Shown here: in pieces, positions 44,201-54,667 of the stretch
Layout of the letters: each line of letters starts with the position of its first letter
How positions within the stretch are numbered: position 1 is the first letter of the stretch
From: the human T2T-CHM13v2.0 reference genome, Homo sapiens
Direction: 5' to 3' (one strand)
Assembly: GCF_009914755.1 (NCBI RefSeq)
Contig: NC_060934.1
DNA: 64,000 nucleotides
Notes under the pieces: model-generated
Databases searched by the model: none
The model's input: the letters and a program-made list of their open reading frames with translations, nothing else
What the model was told of the DNA's origin: nothing
Made by a program: the position numbers and the translations under genes

Positions 44201-47200
44201 GCTTACAGAGTTTCACCTTTCTTTTTATAGAACAGTTTGGAAAGACTCTGTCTGTAAAGTCTGCAAGTGAATACTTGGACCCCTTTGTGTACTTCGTTGG
44301 AAGAGGGATTTTTTCATTTACTGCTAGACAGAAGAATTCTCAGTAAATCCTTTGTGTTGTGTGAATTCAACTCACAGAGTTGAACCTTCCTTTATTCAGA
44401 GCAGTTTTGAAACACTCTTTTTGTGGAATTTCCAGGTGGAGATTTCAAGAGATTTGACGCCTATCTTAGACATGGAAATATCTTCGTATTAAAACTACAG
44501 AGTCATTCGCAGAAACTAGTTTGTGATGTGTGCCTTCAACTCACAGAGTTTAACCTTTCTTTTCATAGAGCAGTCTGGAAACACTGTTTGTAAAGTCTGC
44601 AAGTGGATATTTGGACCTCTTTGAGGACTCAGTTGGAAACGGGATTTCTTCACATAACGCTAGACAGAAGAATTCTCATTAACTTCTTTGTGTTGTGTGC
44701 ATTCAACTCACAGAGTTGAAACTTTCTTTAGAGAGAGCAGATTTGAAACACTCTTTCTGTGGAATTTGCTAGTGCAGATATCAAACGCTTCGAGGACAAT
44801 GGCAGAAAAGGTTATATCTTCATATTAAAATTAGACAAAATCATTCTCAGAATACACTTTGTGATGTGTGTGTTCAACTCACAGAGTTTAACATTCCTTT
44901 AATCGAGCAGTTAGGAAACACTCTTTTTGTAAAGTCTGCAAGTGGATAATTGGCCGTCTTTGAGCCCTTCGCTGGAAACGGGATTTCCTCATACAATGCT
45001 AGACCGAAGAATTCTCAGTAACTTCTTCGTGTTGTTTGTATTCAACTCAGAGATTTGAACCTTCCTTTGGAGAGAGCAGATTTGAAAAACTCTTTTTTTG
45101 GTATTTGCAAGTACAGATTTCAAGCGCTCCTAGGCCTATGGCAGAAAAGGAAATATCTTCGTATAAAAACTACACAGAATCATTCTCAACAACTACTTTG
45201 TGATGTGAGCGTTCAACTCACAGAGTTTAACCTTTCTTTTCATAGAGCACTTTGGAAAGACTCTGTCTGTAAAGTCTGCAAGTGCTTATTTGGACTTCTT
45301 TGAGGCCTTCGTTGGAAACGGGATTTCTTCATATAACGCTGGACAGAAGAATTCTCATTTACTTCTTTGTGTTGTGTGCATTCAACTCACAGAGTTGAAA
45401 CTTTCTTTAGAGAGAGCAGATTTGAAACACCCTTTCTGTGGAGTTTGCTAGTGCAGATTTCAAACGCTTCGAGGACAATGGTAGAAAAGGATATATCTTC
45501 GTATTAAAACTAGACAAAATCATTCTCAGAATACACTTTGTGATGTGTGTGTTCCACTTACAGAGTTTAACCTTTCTTTAATCGAGCAGTTTGGAAACAC
45601 TCTCTTTGTAAAGTCTCCAAGTGGATAATTGGCCCTCTTTGAGCCCTTCGTTGGAAACGGGATTTCCTCATATAATTCTAGACAGAAGAATTCTCAGTAA
45701 CTTCTTTGTGTTGTTTGTATTCAACTCACAGATTTCAACCTTCCTTTAGAGAGAGCAGATTTGAAACACTCTTTTTTTGGTATTTGCAAGTGCAGATTCC
45801 AAGCGCTTCTAGGCCTATGGCAGAAAAGGAAATATCTTCGTATAAAAACTACACAGAATCATTCTCAACAACTACTTTGTGATGTGTGTGTTCAACTCAC
45901 AGAGTTTAACCTTTCTTTTCATAGAGCAGTTTGGAAACACTCTGTTTGTAATGTCTGCAAGTGCATATTTGGACTTCTTTGAGGCCTTCGTTGGAAACGG
46001 GATTTCTTCATACAATGCTTGACAGAAGAATTCTCAGTCACTTCTTTGTGTTGTGGTATTCAAGTCACAGAGTTGAAACTTCCTTTAGACAGAGCAGTTT
46101 TGAAAATCTCTTTCTGTGGAATTTGCAAGTGGAGATTTCAAGCGATTTGAGGCCAATCTTTGAAATGGAAATATCTTCGTGTAAAAACTACACAGAATCA
46201 TTCTCAGGAACTGCTTTCTGATGTGTGCGTTCAACACACGGAGTTTAACCTTTCTTTTCATAGAGCAGTTTGGAAACACTCTGTTTGTAAAGTCTGCAAG
46301 TGCATATTTGGACCTCTTTGAGGCCTTCGTTGGAAACGTGATTTCTTCATATAATGCTAGACAGAAGAATTATCAGTCACTTCTTTGTGTTGTGTGTATT
46401 CAAGTCACAGAGTTGAACCTTCCTTTAGACAGAGCAGTTTTGAAAAACTCTTTCTGTGGAATTTGCAAGTGGAGATTTCAAGCGATTTGAGGCCAATCTT
46501 TGAAATGGAAATCTCTTCGTGTAAAAACTACACAGAATCATTCTCAGAAACTGCTTTGTGATGTCTGTGTTCAGCTTACAGAGTTTCACCTTTCTTTTTA
46601 TAGAGCAGTTTGGAAAGACTCTGTCTGTAAAGTCTGCAAGTGAATACTTGGACCCCTTTGTGTACTTCGTTGGAAGAGGGATTTTTTCATTTACTGCTAG
46701 ACAGAAGAATTCTCAGTAAATCCTTTGTGTTGTGTGAATTCAACTCACAGAGTTGAACCTTCCTTTATTCAGAGCAGCTTTGAAACACTCTTTTTGTGGA
46801 ATTTCCAGGTGGAGATTTCAAGAGATTTGACGCCTATCTTAGACATGGAAATATCTTCGTATTAAAACTACAGAGTCATTCGCAGAAACTAGTTTGTGAT
46901 GTGTGCCTTCAACTCACAGAGTTTAACCTTTCTTTTCATAGAGCAGTCTGGAAACACTCTGTTTGTAAAGTCTGCAAGTGGATATTTGGACCTCTTTGAG
47001 GACTCAGTTGGAAACGGGATTTCTTCATATAACGCTAGACAGAAGAATTCTCATTAACTTCTTTGTGTTGTGTGCATTCAACTCACAGAGTTGAAACTTT
47101 CTTTAGAGAGAGCAGATTTGAAACACTCTTTCTGTGGAATTTGCTAGTGCAGATATCAAACGCTTCGAGGACGATGGCAGAAAAGGTTATATCTTCATAT

Positions 47201-50200
47201 TAAAATTAGACAAAATCATTCTCAGAATACACTTTGTGATGTGTGTGTTCAACTCACAGAGTTTAACATTCCTTTAATCGAGCAGTTAGGAAACACTCTT
47301 TTTGTAAAGTCTGCAAGTGGATAATTGGCCGTCTTTGAGCCCTTCGCTGGAAACGGGATTTCCTCATACAATGCTAGACCGAAGAATTCTCAGTAACTTC
47401 TTCGTGTTGTTTGTATTCAACTCAGAGATTTGAACCTTCCTTTGGAGAGAGCAGATTTGAAAAACTCTTTTTTTGGTATTTGCAAGTACAGATTTCAAGC
47501 GCTCCTAGGCCTATGGCAGAAAAGGAAATATCTTCGTATAAAAACTACACAGAATCATTCTCAACAACTACTTTGTGATGTGAGCGTTCAACTCACAGAG
47601 TTTAACCTTTCTTTTCATAGAGCACTTTGGAAAGACTCTGTCTGTAAAGTCTGCAAGTGCTTATTTGGACTTCTTTGAGGCCTTCGTTGGAAACGGGATT
47701 TCTTCATATAACGCTGGACAGAAGAATTCTCATTTACTTCTTTGTGTTGTGTGCATTCAACTCACAGAGTTGAAACTTTCTTTAGAGAGAGCAGATTTGA
47801 AACACCCTTTCTGTGGAGTTTGCTAGTGCAGATTTCAAACGCTTCGAGGACAATGGTAGAAAAGGATATATCTTCGTATTAAAACTAGACAAAATCATTC
47901 TCAGAATACACTTTGTGATGTGTGTGTTCCACTTACAGAGTTTAACCTTTCTTTAATCGAGCAGTTTGGAAACACTCTCTTTGTAAAGTCTCCAAGTGGA
48001 TAATTGGCCCTCTTTGAGCCCTTCGTTGGAAACGGGATTTCCTCATATAATTCTAGACAGAAGAATTCTCAGTAACTTCTTTGTGTTGTTTGTATTCAAC
48101 TCACAGATTTCAACCTTCCTTTAGAGAGAGCAGATTTGAAACACTCTTTTTTTGGTATTTGCAAGTGCAGATTCCAAGCGCTTCTAGGCCTATGGCAGAA
48201 AAGGAAATATCTTCGTATAAAAACTACACAGAATCATTCTCAACAACTACTTTGTGATGTGTGTGTTCAACTCACAGAGTTTAACCTTTCTTTTCATAGA
48301 GCAGTTTGGAAACACTCTGTTTGTAATGTCTGCAAGTGCATATTTGGACTTCTTTGAGGCCTTCGTTGGAAACGGGATTTCTTCATACAATGCTTGACAG
48401 AAGAATTCTCAGTCACTTCTTTGTGTTGTGGTATTCAAGTCACAGAGTTGAAACTTCCTTTAGACAGAGCAGTTTTGAAAATCTCTTTCTGTGGAATTTG
48501 CAAGTGGAGATTTCAAGCGATTTGAGGCCAATCTTTGAAATGGAAATATCTTCGTGTAAAAACTACACAGAATCATTCTCAGGAACTGCTTTCTGATGTG
48601 TGCGTTCAACACACGGAGTTTAACCTTTCTTTTCATAGAGCAGTTTGGAAACACTCTGTTTGTAAAGTCTGCAAGTGCATATTTGGACCTCTTTGAGGCC
48701 TTCGTTGGAAACGTGATTTCTTCATATAATGCTAGACAGAAGAATTATCAGTCACTTCTTTGTGTTGTGTGTATTCAAGTCACAGAGTTGAACCTTCCTT
48801 TAGACAGAGCAGTTTTGAAAAACTCTTTCTGTGGAATTTGCAAGTGGAGATTTCAAGCGATTTGAGGCCAATCTTTGAAATGGAAATCTCTTCGTGTAAA
48901 AACTACACAGAATCATTCTCAGAAACTGCTTTGTGATGTCTGCGTTCAGCTTACAGAGTTTCACCTTTCTTTTTATAGAGCAGTTTGGAAAGACTCTGTC
49001 TGTAAAGTCTGCAAGTGAATACTTGGACCCCTTTGTGTACTTCGTTGGAAGAGGGATTTTTTCATTTACTGCTAGACAGAAGAATTCTCAGTAAATCCTT
49101 TGTGTTGTGTGAATTCAACTCACAGAGTTGAACCTTCCTTTATTCAGAGCAGCTTTGAAACACTCTTTTTGTGGAATTTCCAGGTGGAGATTTCAAGAGA
49201 TTTGACGCCTATCTTAGACATGGAAATATCTTCGTATTAAAACTACAGAGTCATTCGCAGAAACTAGTTTGTGATGTGTGCCTTCAACTCACAGAGTTTA
49301 ACCTTTCTTTTCATAGAGCAGTCTGGAAACACTCTGTTTGTAAAGTCTGCAAGTGGATATTTGGACCTCTTTGAGGACTCAGTTGGAAACGGGATTTCTT
49401 CATATAACGCTAGACAGAAGAATTCTCATTAACTTCTTTGTGTTGTGTGCATTCAACTCACAGAGTTGAAACTTTCTTTAGAGAGAGCAGATTTGAAACA
49501 CTCTTTCTGTGGAATTTGCTAGTGCAGATATCAAACGCTTCGAGGACAATGGCAGAAAAGGTTATATCTTCATATTAAAATTAGACAAAATCATTCTCAG
49601 AATACACTTTGTGATGTGTGTGTTCAACTCACAGAGTTTAACATTCCTTTAATCGAGCAGTTAGGAAACACTCTCTTTGTAAAGTCTGCAAGTGGATAAT
49701 TGGCCGTTTTTGAGCCCTTCGGTGGAAACGGGATTTCCTCATATAATGCTAGACAGAAGAATTCTCAGTAACTTCTTCGTGTTGTTTGTATTCAACTCAG
49801 AGATTTGAACCTTCCTTTGGAGAGAGCAGATTTGAAAAACTCTTTTTTTGGTATTTGCAAGTACAGATTTCAAGCGCTCCTAGGCCTATGGCAGAAAAGG
49901 AAATATCTTTGTATAAAAACTACACAGAATCATTCTCAACAACTACTTTGTGATGTGAGCGTTCAACTCACAGAGTTTAACCTTTCTTTTCATAGAGCAC
50001 TTTGGAAAGACTCTGTCTGTAAAGTCTGCAAGTGCTTATTTGGACTTCTTTGAGGCCTTCGTTGGAAACGGGATTTCTACATATAACGCTAGACAGAAGA
50101 ATTCTCATTTACTTCTTTGTGTTGTGTGCATTCAACTCACAGAGTTGAAACTTTCTTTAGAGAGAGCAGATTGGAAACACCCTTTCTGTGGAGTTTGCTA

Positions 50201-53150
50201 GTGCAGATTTCAAACGCTTCGAGGACAATGGTAGAAAAGGATATATCTTCATATTAAAACTAGACAAAATCATTCTCAGAATACTCTTTGTGATGTGTGT
50301 GTTCCACTTACAGAGTTTAACCTTTCTTTAATCGAGCAGTTTGGAAACACTCTCTTTGTAAAGTCTCCAAGTGGATAATTGGCCCTCTTTGAGCCCTTCG
50401 TTGGAAACGGGATTTCCTCATATAATGCTAGACAGAAGAATTCTCAGTAACTTCTTTGTGTTGTTTGTATTCAACTCACAGATTTGAACCTTCATTAAGA
50501 GAGAGCAGATTTGAAACACTCTTTTTTTGGTATTTGCAAGTGCAGATTCCAAGCGCTTCTAGGCCTATGGCAGAAAAGGAAATATCTTCGTATAAAAACT
50601 ACACAGAATCATTCTCAACAACTACTTTGTGATGTGTGCGTTCAACTCACAGAGTTTAACCTTTCTTTTCATAGAGCAGTTTGGAAACACTCTGTTTGTA
50701 ATGTCTGCAAGTGCATATTTGGACTTCTTTGAGGCCTTCGTTGGAAACGGGATTTCTTCATATAATGCTTGACAGAAGAATTCTCAGTCACTTCTTTGTG
50801 TTGTGGTATTCAAGTCACAGAGTTGAAACTTCCTTTAGACAGAGCAGTATTGAAAATCTCTTTCTGTGGAATTTGCAAGTGGAGATTTCAAGCGATTTGA
50901 GGCCAATCTTTGAAATGGAAATATCTTCGTGTAAAAACTACACAGAATCATACTCAGGAACTACTTTCTGATGTGTGCGTTCAACACACGGAGTTTAACC
51001 TTTCTTTTCATAGAGCAGTTTGGAAACACTCTGTTTGTAAAGTCTGCAAGTGCATATTTGGACCTCTTTGAAGCCTTAGTTGGAAACGTGATTTCTTCAT
51101 ATAATGCTAGACAGAAGAATTATCAGTCACTTCTTTGTGTTGTGTGTATTCAAGTCACATAGTTGAACCTTCCTTTAGACAGAGCAATTTTGAAAAACTC
51201 TTTCTGTGGAATTTTCAAGTGGAGATTTCAAGCGATTTGAGGCCAATCTTTGAAATGGAAATATCTTCGTGTAAAAACTACACAGAATCATTCTCAGAAA
51301 CTGCTTTGTGATGTCTGCGTTCAGCTTACAGAGTTTCACCTTTCTTTTTATAAAGCAGTTTGGAAAGACTCTGTCTGTAAAGTCTGCAAGTGAATACTTG
51401 GACCCCTTTGTGTACTTCGTTGGAAGAGGGATTTTTTCATTTACTGCTAGACAGAAGAATTCTCAGTAAATCCTTTGTGTTGTGTGAATTCAACTCACAG
51501 AGTTGAACCTTCCTTTATTCAGAGCAGTTTTGAAACACTCTTTTTGTGGAATTTCCACGTGGAGATTTCAAGAGATTTGACGCCTATCTTAGACATGGAA
51601 ATATCTTCGTATTAAAACTACAGAGTCATTCGCAGAAACTAGTTTGTGATGTGTGCCTTCAACTCACAGAGTTTAACCTTTCTTTTCATAGAGCACTCTG
51701 GAAACACTCTGTTTTTAAAGTCTGCAAGTGGATATTTGGACCTCTTTGAGGACTCAGTTGGAAACGGGATTTCTTCATATAACGCTAGACAGAAGAATTC
51801 TCATAAACTTCTTTGTGTTGTGTGCATTCAACTCACAGAGTTGAAACTTTCTTTAGAGAGAGCAGATTTGAAACACTCTTTCTGTGGAATTTGCTAGTGC
51901 AGATATCAAAAGCTTCGAGGACAATGGCAGAAAAGGTTATATCTTCATATTAAAATTAGACAAAATCATTCTCAGAACACACTTTGTGATGTGTGTGTTC
52001 AACTCACAGAATTTAACATTCCTTTAATCGAGCAGTTAGGAAACACTCTCTTTGTAAAGTCTGCAAGTGGATAATTGGCCGTCTTTGAGCCCTTCAGTGG
52101 AAACGGGATTTCCTCATATAATGCTAGACCGAAGAATTCTCAGTAACTTCTTCGTGTTGTTTGTATTCAACTCAGAGATTTGAACCTTCCTTTGGAGAGA
52201 GCAGATTTGAAAAACTCTTTTTTTGGTATTTGCAAGTACAGATTTCAAGCGCTTCTAGGCCTATGGCAGAAAAGGAAATATCTTCGTATAATAACTACAC
52301 AGAACCATTCTCAACAACTACTTTGTGATGTGAGCGTTCAACTCACAGAGTTTAACCTTTCTTTTCATAGAGCACTTTGGAAAGACTCTGTCTGTAAAGT
52401 CTGCAAATGCTTATTTGGACTTCTTTGAGGCATTCGTTGGAAACGGGATTTCTTCATATAACGCTAGACAGAAGAATTCTCATTTACTTCTTTGTGTTGT
52501 GTGCCTTCAACTCAGAGTTGAAACTTTCTTTAGAGAGAGCAGATTTGAAACACCCTTTCTGTGGAGTTTGCTAGTGCAGATTTCAAACGCTTCTAGGACA
52601 ACGGTAGAAAAGGATATATCTTCGTATTAAAACTAGACAAAATCATTCTCAGAAAACACTTTGTGATGTGTGTGTTCCACTTACAGAGTTTAACCTTTCT
52701 TTAATCGAGCAGTTTGGAAACACTCTCTTTGTAAAGTCTCCAAGTGGATAATTGGCCCTCTTTGAGCCCTTCGTTGGAAACGGGATTTCCTCATATAATG
52801 CTAGACAGAAGAATTCTCAGTAACTTCTTTGTGTTGTTTGTATTCAACTCACAGATTTGAACCTTCATTAAGAGAGAGCAGATTTGAAACACTCTTTTTT
52901 TGGTATTTGCAAGTGCAGATTCCAAGCGCTTCTAGGCCTATGGCAGAAAAGGAAATATCTTCGTATAAAAACTACACAGAATCATTCTCAACAACTACTT
53001 TGTGATGTGTGCGTTCAACTCACAGAGTTTAACCTTTCTTTTCATAGAGCAGTTTGGAAACACTCTGTTTGTAATGTCTGCAAGTGCATATTTGGACTTC
53101 TTTGAGGCCTTCGTTGGAAACGGGATTTCTTCATGTAATGCTTGACAGAA

Positions 53151-53490
53151 GAACTCTCAGTCACTTCTTTGTGTTGTGGTATTCAAGTCACAGAGTTGAA
53201 ACTTCCTTTAGACAGAGCAGTTTTGAAAATCTCTTTCTGTGGAATTTGCAAGTGGAGATTTCAAGCGATTTGAGGCCAATCTTTGAAATGGAACTATCTT
53301 CGTGTAAAATTAGACAGAATCATTGTCAGAAACTACTTTGTGATGTGTACGTTCAGCTCACAGAGTTTCACCTTTCTTTTCATAGAGCAGTTTGGAAAGA
53401 CTCTGTCTGTAATGTCTGCTAGTGAATATTTGGACCCCTTTGAGGCCTTCGTTGGAAGCAGAATTCTTTCATATACTGATAGACAGAAGA
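53151..53490 (+). other. Hybrid dimer forming the junction between the 14-mer array and the 8/10-mer array
   Basis: The 5' part has 14-mer diagnostics (TGTGGTATTC 1-bp deletion, GAAACTTCC, GAAAATCTCT, CAAGCGATT). From 53310 the right-array diagnostics appear (AAAATTAGACAGAATCATTGTCAG). Confidence 0.85.
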
Positions 53491-53785
53491 ATTCTCAGTA
53501 AATCTTTGTGCTGTGTGTATTCAACACACAGAGTTGAACCATCCTTTATCCTGAGCAGTTTTGAAACACTCTTTGTGTGGAATTTGCAAGTGGAGAATTC
53601 AAGCGATTTGAGGCCAATCTTAGACATGGAAATATCTTCGTAGTAAAACTACACAGAGTCATTCGCAGAAACTAGTTTCCGATGTGTGCCTTCAACTCAC
53701 AGAGTTTAACCTTTCTTTTAATAGAGCAGTTTGGAAACACTCTATTTGTAAAGTCTGCAAGTGGATATTTGGACCTCTCTGTGGC

Positions 53786-53802
53786 CTTCGTTGGAAACGG
53801 GA
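53786..53802 (+). promoter_or_regulatory. Canonical CENP-B box of the right array (homologous position is degenerate in the 14-mer)
   Basis: CTTCGTTGGAAACGGGA, following the CATTCGCAGAAACTAG monomer. Confidence 0.9.
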
Positions 53803-54465
53803 TTTCTTCATATAACGCTAGACAGAAGAATTCTCAGTAACTTCTTTCTGTTTTGTGTATTCAACTCACAGGGTTGAACCTTTCTTTACAGAGAGCAGAT
53901 TTGAAACATTCTTTCCGTGGAATTTGCTAGTGCAGATTTCAAACGCTTCGAGGACAATGGTAGAAAAGGATATATCTTCGTATTAGAACGAGAGAAAATC
54001 ATTCTCAGAAAACAGTTTGTAATGTGTGCGTTCAAGTCACAGAGTTTAACCTTTCTTTTAACTGAGCAGTTTGGAAACACTCTCTTTGTAATGTCTGCAA
54101 TTGGTTAATTGGCCCTCTTTGAGCCCTCCTTTGGAAATGAGATTTCCTCATATAATGCTAGACAGAAGAATTCTCAGTAACTTCTTTGTGTTGTTTGTAT
54201 TCAACTCACGGATTTGAACCTTCCTTTAGAGAGAGCAGATTTGAAACACTCTTTTTTTGGAATTTGCAAGTGCAGACTTCAAGCGCTTCTAGGCCTATGG
54301 CAGAAAAGGAAATATCTTCGTATAAAAACTACACAGAATCATTCTCAAGAACCACTTTGTGATGTGTGCGTTCAACTCACACATTTTAACCTTTCTTTTA
54401 ATCGAGCAGTTGGGAAACACTCTGTTTGTAAAGTCTGCAAGTGCATATTTGGACTTCTTTGAGGC

Positions 54466-54482
54466 CTTCGTTGGAAACGGGA
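54466..54482 (+). promoter_or_regulatory. Canonical CENP-B box of the right array
   Basis: CTTCGTTGGAAACGGGA. Confidence 0.9.
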
Positions 54483-54667
54483 TTTCTTCATATAATGCTA
54501 GACAGAAGAATTCTCAGTCACCTCTTTGTGTTGTGTGTATTGATCTCACAGATTTGAACCTTCCTTTAGACAGAGCAGTTTTGGAAAACTCTTTCTGTGG
54601 AATTTGCAAGTGGAGATTTCAAGGGATTTGAGGCCAATCTTTGAAATGGAAATATCTTCGTGTAAAA

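Larger units (their letters stand above)
1..53290 (+). repeat. Homogeneous 14-mer (7-dimer) alpha-satellite HOR array, unit 2,375 bp, ~22.4 copies; possibly the chr10 sister HOR (S1C10H1-B-like)
   Basis: The same marker recurs at 1100, 3475, 5850, 8226, 10601 ... 48596, 50971 (spacing 2,372-2,376). CENP-B position spacings 339+340+339+340+338+339+340 sum to 2,375. Once-per-unit sites include AvrII (8-13), SpeI (1767-1772) and EcoRV (2031-2036). The chromosome name is recollection, not verified. Confidence 0.95.
53310..54667 (+). repeat. 8-mer HOR unit (4 dimers)
   Basis: 1,358-bp spacing between homologous markers 53283 and 54641; no GATTACATGCG dimer. Confidence 0.85.

Noticed and set aside
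1-53290. Assignment to D17Z1 14-mer (~2.4 kb) or DXZ1 on unit length
   Set aside because: Those arrays are pentameric (SF3). This array is strictly dimeric, with ~340-bp EcoRI periodicity and a box position in every second monomer.
53084-53422. Longest ORF (112 aa) located at the array junction
   Set aside because: It is chance read-through created by the hybrid dimer, with no coding features.
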